This document shows, piece by piece, positions 50,853-60,685 of a stretch of 64,000 bases of DNA (positions within the stretch are counted from its first letter, which is position 1; each line of letters opens with the position of its first letter). This DNA is from Trypanosoma brucei (lineage: Eukaryota), in contig CM000208.1 of assembly GCA_000002445.1 (NCBI GenBank), forward strand, positions 3,136,001-3,200,000. Direction: 5' to 3'. The translations under genes were made by a program, and so were the position numbers. The notes beneath the pieces are model-generated. The model was not told where the DNA came from, ran no database searches, and saw nothing but the letters and a program-made list of their open reading frames with translations.

Positions 50853-53800
50853 CTAGCCTGCGGGTGTCGAAGGCGACAGTGTTATTCCTTGGGAACGACC
50901 CTCTCTGTTTGAGGTAGTGGATATACTGTGGTCGCTCACCATAGCTCTGCTACCGTTCACAAGATTACGGTCCTTCATGGATTCCCACTGATGTGATGGC
51001 GGAGCTAACGGACTGCCCGACGAATGCAAAGAACAGCCCACACTTTGAGGACATCTCTCAAGCGACTGTGGTAGCCCTACAGGCGACATGGTCAACGTAC
51101 CTACTAAGTGCCCATATCCAGTCACATGTTTTTCCTTACTTTCTCCTTTCGGCTGGATGTGGGAACAGTTCGCAGATGGGACAACAAGAGCGGGGTATTC
51201 AGTGATATCACTGAGCAGTGATTGTTCGGTGTATTGAACTCCTTCCGTACCATCCTTGGCGTGCGATGGCAAATGTATTCCACTAATGAGCGACAAGTTG
51301 GCCGAATGGTGGGCGTGCCACTGCGAAGCGTTGCTTTGCGAAGCTTCCACAAGAGTTGCCACAGAAGGGCACCATATCAAAGGTTTGTGTAAGTCCGGCG
51401 TGCCATCTGATCGAAGTGGATTATGCTCCGTGCCCGCCTCCTCCGCTGTAGGGTTCGTTGAAGGAAGTTGTGGTGCCTGCGGTTCACAATGACGGAGGTG
51501 CTGCGTGGCAATTCCATCGCTATAAACGGTGCTCCGATCACGGCCGCCAACAGACTGGGCGCCAAAAGGAACCGCGCCAGCACAACCCACATCATGTGGA
51601 GCGCCACGCAAAACGTCGACTTCATTCCGCGGTTGTGGTAATCCCTGTGTTGTCCTGTTATTGAGTTGAGGAGTCACTGTCCTTTTGCTGGACAGAAACC
51701 CCTCCGATTGTGTCGCGGGACTTGGACCTATCTCTTTCGAGTGTGCCAGCGGGAGGTCTCCACTGGAAGCTTCACAAGAAAGCGGATGCCTCCCACTCGC
51801 AAAAGAATAGAAAACAAGGACGTGTGACTGAATCCAGCGGTAACAGTCACGCAGAATCTTCCCGACCATTTGGTTCACATTGAGAACCTGAATTGCCTCC
51901 TTCAGTTCCGAAGCGGAATGCTTGCAAAGATAGTTTTGGCACACGGTACCAATTTCAAAGGGTAACGACGAGGGGTCCGAAGAAAGAACAAGACGCAGAC
52001 AACTTCCAAAGGTACCGGTACCTAGTTTATATAAGTCACTTATGTGCTGAAGTGTGGTGCAAAGAGCTGAAAGTGCTCTGGCATATGGAGCCTTTGGCGA
52101 TTCTCCACCTTTCACAACGGCGAGCAAAGTGTGCTGAGCATTCAAAACTGCATCTTCCACCGATATCGGATACATGGCAGTAACACCACTGGGTGGTGTC
52201 GCTCCCGCTTGAATGTCGTGACTCGGTAATGACATAGGGAGCGTAGCGCCAGACGCAGTGACTATCAACCTTATTTCGTCCTCCATTCTCTTCTGTTTGT
52301 CGATTATCCCACGTAACTGAGTGTCGTCAACCTTACATTTTGCAGCCCATTCCTCTGCTGCACTCGAGTTCTGGACAAGGACAGAAATCGTCTGCCGCAT
52401 ATCCTCCACAGCCGCCCGCAAAAAAGATAATTGCTTCTCTTGCTCTCTGCTAACTTTACCCTGAGTGGACTCTGTTGACTTTACGCCTGACAAAATTTCT
52501 GCGGCTTCGGTCTTTAGCCGTAGTCCCTCCAATTCCCCATGAAGTTGGGCAACCGATGCTGATAACACGTCTAAACGAAGTTCTAATGCGTCGTCTTGTG
52601 TGGACCGCACCTCTTGTGATCGTTCGGCACGATCCTCCCTGACGCTTGGTACTAAGGTACAAGATGCTTCAGTGGAAACACGCTCCGTAGCGTGAATTAC
52701 CTCTGCACATAACTTTAACAACTCCCTCCGCACCTCATGGCACGATTCCACATCTTCTTTCCCCAGGGCAAGAAAACGTTGTTGCTGCTCCAGCAATTCA
52801 CAACTTACTGCACGATCCTCCGTTGCACGGCGCGACCATGCAGCCTCATGCTCAGCGATACAGGACCACAGGCGCTCCTCCTGTGTCCTACCTAGTTCCC
52901 GCTGTTGCGTCAAGTACCCCTGCACTTGTCGATAGAGGGATTCGTGGTGTGATTTGGCGAATTTTTCTACGGTATCACCAATAGCTAGAAGCAATGCCGA
53001 TGGCAGAGCGTTCTTTGGTGACATGTCTTTATCTTGAAACGAATCGCTTTGTTCAATAAGTGAAGCGAGCCGCTGAGAAACGTTACTTGTAATTTGTTCC
53101 ATGAAGGAGTGGTCGTTCAGCAGTACTCCAATCACCGAATCCAGTTGCGCGGTGGTGTTATCGCAAGACCTACCGCAAGCAGCTGTATCCTTACTGCCGC
53201 TCCAGTTAGACATGGTAAAAACATCCTCCTCATCACTACTACTATCAGTATCTAGCACACTGGATTCGTACATTCCGCGCCTACCCCTTTGCTTCTGTTT
53301 ACCCCGTTTTCGGGATGGAGAAACCACCATTTTGCTGTGTCGGCGAACAGTGTAGACAGTGGAAGCAGTTGAGAGGCGCCCCGCCAAGTGGACGAGAAGA
53401 GTATTCCGATATGTATTTTCATCCAGCGCTATTCGCTGCCGAGCGGTGTACTCCTGCTGCTCAAGCCGCCAGAACACCCACTGGCACTCCACTGACGGCA
53501 GCTGCCGAACTACCCTCAACACACTCTTAGCAAGAGATTCTCTACGGTGAGGTCGGGGCATTCCTTTCGAAGCAGCACCAAAACTGCAGCTGCTTCCTGC
53601 ATCAACTGTCCCTGCACCACACAATCCGGAAGAACTGTTATCATCGCTCTCAGAGGAGACAAGTGTGTTCAGATTGTTAGCGTCGTTGGTGTTATTGTCA
53701 TTTAACCGTCCTGCGCTGCGTCCTCTTTGGACCTGAGTGCCTTTAGTTCCGTCTTTCAAAAATGAGGATGATGTCCCTTTGGTTTGAGTTACCGCCCCCG

Positions 53801-54206
53801 GACAACGGGACGACCTGATATTACCTGAGTGTGTCCCCTCCATCCACACATTCTCATCCGGTTTATCATACTCCAGCCCCACCTTATCTCTGAGCTCGCA
53901 GAGTGTCTCCCACATATGCTGTACAACCCAAGGATTAACGTGCTGGACACGAGACTCCAGCTGATGAATGCGCGTCTCAACACATCTAAGGCCTCTCCGA
54001 ACCACATCAACTTCCTTCACAGTGGCGCTCGTTACCTCTTTCTGATATTGTGTGTTCAGTACTCGGCCACGGGACGTCACGGTTGTCCCTGGTGCGGTGC
54101 CGCACGGCGATGAGACAACACCGCCAGTAGCCGTAGTCGTGGCAATGCTAAGTGGCGTGTTCGTCACAATGGCACCCGCCTCCCTTGCATGCGGGGGAGT
54201 ACTCAT
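50853..54206 (-). CDS. Hypothetical protein (1117 aa) with a central coiled-coil region
   Basis: 1117-codon ORF with the ATG at 54206 checked. A heptad-like, charged segment (...LELRLDVLSASVAQLHGELEGLRLKTEAAEILSG...EQEKQLSFLRAAVEDMRQTISVL...) lies centrally. No catalytic motif was recognised. Confidence 0.55.
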   Translation of the reverse strand: MSTPPHAREAGAIVTNTPLSIATTTATGGVVSSPCGTAPGTTVTSRGRVLNTQYQKEVTSATVKEVDVVRRGLRCVETRIHQLESRVQHVNPWVVQHMWETLCELRDKVGLEYDKPDENVWMEGTHSGNIRSSRCPGAVTQTKGTSSSFLKDGTKGTQVQRGRSAGRLNDNNTNDANNLNTLVSSESDDNSSSGLCGAGTVDAGSSCSFGAASKGMPRPHRRESLAKSVLRVVRQLPSVECQWVFWRLEQQEYTARQRIALDENTYRNTLLVHLAGRLSTASTVYTVRRHSKMVVSPSRKRGKQKQRGRRGMYESSVLDTDSSSDEEDVFTMSNWSGSKDTAACGRSCDNTTAQLDSVIGVLLNDHSFMEQITSNVSQRLASLIEQSDSFQDKDMSPKNALPSALLLAIGDTVEKFAKSHHESLYRQVQGYLTQQRELGRTQEERLWSCIAEHEAAWSRRATEDRAVSCELLEQQQRFLALGKEDVESCHEVRRELLKLCAEVIHATERVSTEASCTLVPSVREDRAERSQEVRSTQDDALELRLDVLSASVAQLHGELEGLRLKTEAAEILSGVKSTESTQGKVSREQEKQLSFLRAAVEDMRQTISVLVQNSSAAEEWAAKCKVDDTQLRGIIDKQKRMEDEIRLIVTASGATLPMSLPSHDIQAGATPPSGVTAMYPISVEDAVLNAQHTLLAVVKGGESPKAPYARALSALCTTLQHISDLYKLGTGTFGSCLRLVLSSDPSSLPFEIGTVCQNYLCKHSASELKEAIQVLNVNQMVGKILRDCYRWIQSHVLVFYSFASGRHPLSCEASSGDLPLAHSKEIGPSPATQSEGFLSSKRTVTPQLNNRTTQGLPQPRNEVDVLRGAPHDVGCAGAVPFGAQSVGGRDRSTVYSDGIATQHLRHCEPQAPQLPSTNPTAEEAGTEHNPLRSDGTPDLHKPLIWCPSVATLVEASQSNASQWHAHHSANLSLISGIHLPSHAKDGTEGVQYTEQSLLSDITEYPALVVPSANCSHIQPKGESKEKHVTGYGHLVGTLTMSPVGLPQSLERCPQSVGCSLHSSGSPLAPPSHQWESMKDRNLVNGSRAMVSDHSISTTSNREGRSQGITLSPSTPAG

Positions 54207-55299
54207 CGGCTCCAGGGAACTTCGAGTGGGATAATGTTACGCACTTAGCGCCTTCCCACTTCGTACGAGTGCCCCGATGGCACTACCAACTTCCCTTTTG
54301 TTGTTATTACCCCAAGGCACAATGAGAAGGAAACTTGAAAGAAGAAGACGTAAGAAGTTATTAAACCAGTTTGAAGAAGACGAACTCTAAGCGATGGGGT
54401 GCTGTTGTAAAGAAGCGACAATTTTTGGTATTGTGGTTAAGGAATCTCATTAAATGGAAGTTCCTACCTTTTTTCTCTTTGTCCTTAAACTGCTAGACCT
54501 CACTTACACCCCTCTTCCTGTCGTTCAGTTGGGGCGAAAAGGGCATTTCCCATAATATTAGTAATAGTGTTCAAAAAAAGAAAACGAAAAAGTAAAATCT
54601 GTGACGCTCCTACATTGCGAGAGTAATGTATCGCCCCACACCACTCAACGCGTGCATCGACTTCCACCATGCACACGCAGCCATAAAGTCGTGGTTCACC
54701 AACTTCTCTCAATACCCTTCACCGCAGAAGAGCATAACAAAACACACGATAAACGCAACACCAGCAACAACCGCAGAGGGTTGTCAGCACCGCCGCATAC
54801 ATCTCCTTACCCTTCTCCATTGCATTTCCCCTCCGTTACTTCTTCCCTTCTATTCCCTCGCGGTGACCTACGATAGCATCAGCCACGTAGTAGAGGGAGA
54901 AGACGCAGGATCGAAAGAAAAAATAAAATGAGCGATAAATATTTTCACATATAAATGTGCCGAAACGTAGATAGAGGTAACAAAAAGAAAAACCTCCCTT
55001 GAGCTAGGTAGCCGCCCCCCACCTATGGAATGAAGGTACCAATCCACACAGCTATTAATGCAACTGAATGCACGTTCTCAAATCTCATCGCCGTAACATC
55101 CGCTCCCCTTGAGCACCCGCGACAACGACTAACCTTTGTGTACACACCACGCTTCCCTCTTCCCCGCAAACAATTCCCTCCCAGCCTCCGCTACCATCAC
55201 TGACGACACTCAAGAAAAAACTTAACGTCCGGGGCCCCACCTCACTTCTCGACACTGAGAACTAATCATTAACTGATAACACATATTTCGAAGACCAGT

Positions 55300-55740
55300 C
55301 ACCAACAATGAGGTTGTGGTGGGTGCATCCTCATGTTCTTTGTGCCCGCACCAGTCACAGAAGCGTTGCGTGTGCTCCGACGAAATTTTGTCGTGTCTTT
55401 CCTCCTCATCTTTCCTTTCCTTCGACTATTTTTTATTTACCTTTTCCCCTCGTGCATATAGCCCTTTCGAACACCAAACAAACTCCAACCAGTGGCACTC
55501 TACCGTTTCTCTTTCCACTTTTCCCACAGTGAGGCCACCACCGCGTTGTATCCTCAGCTTTGACCATCACTTCTTTCAGTGTAAACCCCGTTTACCTCCT
55601 TTTCCTTTTTCTTCACTCATACTCCCCACTTCAGCTCAACATGGCGTTCGTTTAGACCTGAGACACGTCGTGCCCATACCCATTAATGTGTTGTTCCTGA
55701 TTCTTACTTCTTTTTCTTGCTCTTCCCCGTTACTGCCTTT
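55300..55740. repeat. ~440-nt strongly CT-rich (plus strand) / AG-rich (transcribed strand) low-complexity tract immediately 3' of the EF-Tu stop
   Basis: Almost uninterrupted C/T composition on the plus strand (tctttcctcctcatctttcctttccttcg...ctccttttcctttttcttcactcatactcccc...). This corresponds to a purine-rich 3' UTR on the minus-strand mRNA. Confidence 0.8.
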
Positions 55741-57116
55741 ACTTGCTTGACACCCTCGATGTTAACTTTCGGGTCGAGAGCCAAGCACTCCGTTACAGCG
55801 CCCCAGCCAACAGTGATCTTCCCCTCGCGGATGGTAAACTTCAACCCCTTTTCCATTGGCATTGGATAGGCAAGTGTCAGCACCAACTCGCGACTATCAC
55901 CGGGCATGCAAACGAGTGTCTTTTCGAACTCCTTCAACTCTGCATCCTTCTTCTTTTGCTCATCCGCGTCCTTCCCATACTTTTTGTTCAACTCAGCAAC
56001 CTTCTGCTCACTTTCGGGGAAATTGAGATCCGCCGTGACATCGGCACAGCGAAAAAACAACTGTGGACGGTAATGGGGACTAAAAGCTGTGTGCCTCCCT
56101 CCCTCGTCCTTAGTAAGTACGTAGACTTGTGCACGCACTTTGTTAAAGAGTTTAGTGGCGCCTGGAGCCGATAGGACCATGCCGCGCTCAACGTTGTCCT
56201 TGGACAAAGTCGTTGTATCACCAGTTCCCAAAATGCTCGCGCCAACAGAATCGCCAGGCATACACTCCTCCAGTGTCTTGTGGTACATTTCAATACCTGT
56301 TACTTTCACGGTTAGCTTCTTCGCACTGAAGCCACTGAGCTCAGCGTCGGCACCGAGCTTCATGAGGCCCTGATCAACACGGCCCGTGACAATGACAGAT
56401 TTCTTGTCTTTTCCAATTTCGTAGACGTGCTCAATAGGCATTAGAAATGGCTTCTCGGTTGCACGGGGTGGGTCAGGAATCCATTCATCACACTTCGCTA
56501 CCAACTCCATGATCCGTGCTTCGCTATCGGTGTCACCCTCGAGTGCCTTAACGGCGGAGCCACGTACAAGTGGTGTTTCCTCAGCGGGAAACTTGTACTT
56601 CTCCAACAGCTCACGCAACTCCATCTCCACCAGCTCAATCATGTCCTCTTGACCCTGCATAAGATCACACTTGTTAATGAAGCCCACAAGGGCAGGAAGA
56701 CCAATCTGTGAACAAATAAGCAAATGCTCACGAGTTTGCGGCATGCAGCCGTCGTTAGCGGCAACGACAAGGATGCCACCATCCATCTGCGCGGCACCAG
56801 TAATCATGTTCTTCACAAAGTCCATGTGACCCGGGCAATCTATGTGACCATAATGCCGCTTCTCCGACTCATACTCCACGTGTGTAGCGTTAATGGTAAT
56901 CTTTCGACTCTTTTCCTCGGGAGACTTGTCGATTGCAAAATAGTCGAGGGCTCTTGCCTTACCTGCCTTCGCCAGAACCGTCGTAATGGCAGATGTCAAC
57001 GTTGTCTTACCATGATCAACATGACCAATTGTACCAATGATAAGATGTGGTTTACCGCGAACAAAGGCTTCCTTCTTTGCGTTTAAAAGAGAACAGCGAA
57101 AGGCAGCGCGAAACAT
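55704..57116 (-). CDS. TUFM: Mitochondrial translation elongation factor Tu (EF-Tu)
   Basis: Full set of G-domain motifs: [10 protein letters not shown] (G1), DCPGH (G3), NKCD (G4) and SAL-type (SAV) G5. Domains II and III are also conserved. The ATG-initiated product [37 protein letters not shown] carries a short basic presequence. The track ORF extends to 57359 via a TTG start; the ATG position (~57116) was derived from frame arithmetic. Confidence 0.93.
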   Translation of the reverse strand: MFRAAFRCSLLNAKKEAFVRGKPHLIIGTIGHVDHGKTTLTSAITTVLAKAGKARALDYFAIDKSPEEKSRKITINATHVEYESEKRHYGHIDCPGHMDFVKNMITGAAQMDGGILVVAANDGCMPQTREHLLICSQIGLPALVGFINKCDLMQGQEDMIELVEMELRELLEKYKFPAEETPLVRGSAVKALEGDTDSEARIMELVAKCDEWIPDPPRATEKPFLMPIEHVYEIGKDKKSVIVTGRVDQGLMKLGADAELSGFSAKKLTVKVTGIEMYHKTLEECMPGDSVGASILGTGDTTTLSKDNVERGMVLSAPGATKLFNKVRAQVYVLTKDEGGRHTAFSPHYRPQLFFRCADVTADLNFPESEQKVAELNKKYGKDADEQKKKDAELKEFEKTLVCMPGDSRELVLTLAYPMPMEKGLKFTIREGKITVGWGAVTECLALDPKVNIEGVKQVKAVTGKSKKKK

Positions 57117-57668
57117 GGTGACCGAACGAAATTTGTCCTTTCGGTTACCGTAAAGCACGAGGAATGCGCGCTCCTCCAAATGTAAACTATCACAAAATAT
57201 CCCCTTATTCGGTGGACTAACCTTTTCCCCTGATGCTGTGTATTTGTTTTGTAAACCCACCTGTGGGGCTAGCTTCCTTTGGCCACTTGCGACTAAAATG
57301 AAATGTGAAGAAATTGGGCTACAAGTTGAACATTGTAGAGGTGCATGAAACACCAACAAATGTAAATTGTGTTTGGAACCGCTTTACACATAGAAAAGTT
57401 GCTCTGGGGACTGAGGTACCGCTATCCGCGAAGGTGACGTATGGAAAGTGAACGTTGACTAACCACTTGTGTCTCCTCTATGTTTGACTCATTTTTGTTT
57501 ACATCAGTATGGCCCACGGAGCAACCCCTTCGGCACAGCGGCAGCGCAGTGGTTGCACACCTCTAGCTCTATAACAGCACTTTCCACTTCATAGGAAACC
57601 TGCGTCTCGTGCTCCCCTCCCATGTAGATTGTGTTGCCTTCCGTACCGTGTTAACACCTCATTCCCAG

Positions 57669-58268
57669 TTAAATCACGCTCCAATAAACACTTACCACTG
57701 CGTAGACATGCGCAGAGAGGTCATGCGCATGGTTCACCCACCCATCCGCCTGGCCATAGTAGCAACTAGAACACAAGTGAATGCCCGCACCTGATTTCCG
57801 CATGATTACACAGTGAACAACATATTTGTAGGGGCGGCGCATTGCCAGTAGTTTTTCCATAATTCCATCGCAAATGTGTTGAATCCATCCGTGTGCTTTG
57901 ATATGGTCGTAGCGCTGCGCGTCATCTTCGCCACCCTCGTCATCAAAGCAAGGGCTAAGGACCTGCAGGATAATGTTCTTCACATCATTAGCGGGAACAC
58001 CGTTAATGTCGACGGCAGCATCCGGCGCCGACCCGGTTCCTGCTGCAGTGTCTTCCTCCTCGCTGTCATGATCTTCCTGTGCACCAGCTGGTGGTCCCGT
58101 AGCAGCTGCCGGAGCCGCTGAGGACCCCATCGCTTCCTTCTCGGCGTTGGAACTAGATCCCGCCTCCTGCCCTGACACCGTTTCGGGTGAGTCGTCAGCG
58201 GCAACTGGTGCGGGTGCGGTGTCAGACCCCGGGCTTTTAGGCCCCTCCTGAGGCGTCTCATCAGACAT
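57669..58268 (-). CDS. Tctex-1 family dynein light chain (DYNLT) with an ~90-aa acidic/Ala-Pro-rich N-terminal extension
   Basis: The C-terminus RPYKYVVHCVIMRKSGAGIHLCSSCYYGQADGWV...HVYAVVSVYWSVI corresponds to human DYNLT1 [35 protein letters not shown]...MYCIVSAFGLSI. The ATG at 58268 was checked. Confidence 0.85.
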   Translation of the reverse strand: MSDETPQEGPKSPGSDTAPAPVAADDSPETVSGQEAGSSSNAEKEAMGSSAAPAAATGPPAGAQEDHDSEEEDTAAGTGSAPDAAVDINGVPANDVKNIILQVLSPCFDDEGGEDDAQRYDHIKAHGWIQHICDGIMEKLLAMRRPYKYVVHCVIMRKSGAGIHLCSSCYYGQADGWVNHAHDLSAHVYAVVSVYWSVI

Positions 58269-58543
58269 ACGAAATACCCTCTAAGGGCACAAAGGAGCAG
58301 AACTTTACACAACCGGAAAGAGGTGGAGGGTAAATAATGCGGAACAAGTGCGGTTCACAAGCCGTTAGCTGCAGAAGAAATAAAGGAAACAAATAAATGC
58401 GGAAAGAGAATGCCATAAAGTCTCGACTTCTCGCTGTCGGTATCCAAAGTTATATAAAGAAAAAGGAACACATTTGCAGTTCCGGTAGGTGTTGCAATAT
58501 AAGGAGAGACATAACAACACGATCTATGTTAACGGAGGAACGA

Positions 58544-60685
58544 TCACACGAGGCTGCGTAATCGCGCCACCTCCTTGGTATCCAAACCGAGGGTTTCGTT
58601 GCAGTACTCTGAGCGATGTAACACCTCCTGAAGAAACTCTCGAAGTCTGGCTGGGCTACCCCTCAACGAAACTGCCGTCGAGCCATCTCGACCGCCGACA
58701 CGAACAATTCGCCAACGGTTAAGCAACCCGACAGCTGCGGTGAATGCTGCACGGTCAAGTGCAGCAGCAGCATGTGTTCCCATGGACGAGGCAACATCCT
58801 CCAGCAAGTCAACGACGGTACGCACTACACCAGCCTCATGGCGGAGGTATACGTACGTAAGAAGTAAAAACATTTCCCGGGTACAGTAACCCAGTTCAAC
58901 GAGTTTGCATTCGGAAAGCATATCACCAACTAAAAGCGCGTAATTCCTGAGAGGTTTCACCGACCCTGCGCTTTTCCGATTCGCATTGGTAAATTCACCA
59001 CGCCACAATGACTTCACTGCCTCTGGCGCAACACTAAAGACGGCACTACGGATATTTTGCGCAACTTTCAGTTTCGGCGAAGTTCTCTCAAACCACGACA
59101 AAAGTTTACCACAACTGGCACTGCTAAGGAGAGGAATTTCCCCTGAACACACTTCCCCAAAGACAGCAGAAACGGCAGTCATTACTCTTCCCGCCGTCGC
59201 ACCAACGCTTCTCAGTTGCCCAGATAGCACCATGATACGCTGAGCGAAATGAACGTCACTCACAGATTGTTGCGGAGAACGTGCAACAGCAGACAACTCT
59301 GTGAGAACATATCCGGACATCTCAAGCATGGCTGCTTCCAGCAACATCACCTCCGGTGGAGTTAGGTAACCGTTGACTTCTCCTTCCGGGCTCTGATCCT
59401 GCGCCACGCCTGCGCTGACGGCATCAAAACGCCACCCGGTAAACGAATGTGAAGTGGTGCACCCTGAAGCACCCGAATCAGTCACAGATCTCACTTTTTT
59501 CAATCTTCCTCTCTTCGTATTTCTTGCCTTCACAGTATTCACCTTCAGTTCAAGTCGCTCTTTCACTTCCACTAGACACGCACGGGCGACGCAACTAACG
59601 CTCCATGGAAGCAAGGGGATACAACGTGCCTCACACGTTAGTCTACTTGACAAGCGCTTCTCAAGCTGCCGAATGTCTGGTGTTGACGATGTCATCACAA
59701 GAGACATTCCTCCCCCTTGACCATCACTTTCGTGCATAAGGCCAGAAAGCACATAAAGCAGTTGATCGCACCATACTCCAAAACGCTCAACGCGACGAAT
59801 GCAAACAATGAGATTGGTTCCGTGTGTTCTCATTAGCAGAAGGGCACGCTGAAGTGCTGCGAGAGCACTCGACGCCCCCCCCATGGCGTAGGCGGTCGTC
59901 GATGTCACATGAAATGCATCATCATCTTCACTTGCACTTCCATCATCAAGCAACTCATCGGGCACAGCTAACCGTGGTCTCTTTCGGCCAACTTTACCAT
60001 CTTTTTCATGTCCGCTTACCTTTAAATCCTTCGTAACACAGGAGCCTTGTTTCGTACGCGAGGGGCATTCGGCGTCAGTCTGCACAGCTCCTTCAGATAT
60101 TTTGTCCAGCGCCATCAACTTGCTAAAACCAAACAAACTTCCAAAATCAAACGTGCCCTTACTGAAAGAAGTATCAGCAGACCGTAAGCTTTTTGAGTTT
60201 GAGCTCCTCAAGAAAGTGAGCATCTGTTGCCCAATAGATCGAAGGGCATCTTCGTCGCTATTAAGAACGTCACCGTCTAGGTACAAAACAAACGTATTGT
60301 TTCCCTCCATACAGTCTTGAGCAACCAATCTTAGCAGACGGTGCGCGCCACAGCCCCGTGGCCCCCACAACATGTGACACGAGCGGTGGCCAAGGGCACA
60401 TGAGGCCGCTACGGCACTACGTACGGAACGATATACAGCAAGATGCATGCCAAGTTCGTCACGTCGTCCCGAAGGATCTTCTGCGGCATCACGTGTTGTC
60501 ACACCATGGCGCTGTGGACTACGGCCACGCCTCGCAACCTCAAGAAAAGACTTACCCGTACTCGCTGTCAGCTGGGCAAGAACACGGCAGCACTGCACGG
60601 CTAATTGATGTTGTACCGTGGAAAGAAATGACCTCGTAAAACTACAACACTCACCCCCACCGCTTTCACAAAATACTCCTTTCAT
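58544..60685 (-). CDS. ORC4-like AAA+ protein (origin recognition complex subunit 4 homologue) with a degenerate Walker A motif
   Basis: A P-loop-like GPRGCGAH sits where GxxGxGK[ST] is expected. It is followed by FVLYLDGDVLNSDEDALRSIGQQM (ORC4: ...vhLNGllqtnDriALkeItrQL). The sensor-1-like LVMTSSTPD is followed by IRQLEKRLSSRLTCEARCI, which matches the ORC4 signature (L)LEKRVKSRFSHR. The ATG at 60685 was checked. Confidence 0.6.
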   Translation of the reverse strand: MKGVFCESGGGECCSFTRSFLSTVQHQLAVQCCRVLAQLTASTGKSFLEVARRGRSPQRHGVTTRDAAEDPSGRRDELGMHLAVYRSVRSAVAASCALGHRSCHMLWGPRGCGAHRLLRLVAQDCMEGNNTFVLYLDGDVLNSDEDALRSIGQQMLTFLRSSNSKSLRSADTSFSKGTFDFGSLFGFSKLMALDKISEGAVQTDAECPSRTKQGSCVTKDLKVSGHEKDGKVGRKRPRLAVPDELLDDGSASEDDDAFHVTSTTAYAMGGASSALAALQRALLLMRTHGTNLIVCIRRVERFGVWCDQLLYVLSGLMHESDGQGGGMSLVMTSSTPDIRQLEKRLSSRLTCEARCIPLLPWSVSCVARACLVEVKERLELKVNTVKARNTKRGRLKKVRSVTDSGASGCTTSHSFTGWRFDAVSAGVAQDQSPEGEVNGYLTPPEVMLLEAAMLEMSGYVLTELSAVARSPQQSVSDVHFAQRIMVLSGQLRSVGATAGRVMTAVSAVFGEVCSGEIPLLSSASCGKLLSWFERTSPKLKVAQNIRSAVFSVAPEAVKSLWRGEFTNANRKSAGSVKPLRNYALLVGDMLSECKLVELGYCTREMFLLLTYVYLRHEAGVVRTVVDLLEDVASSMGTHAAAALDRAAFTAAVGLLNRWRIVRVGGRDGSTAVSLRGSPARLREFLQEVLHRSEYCNETLGLDTKEVARLRSLV

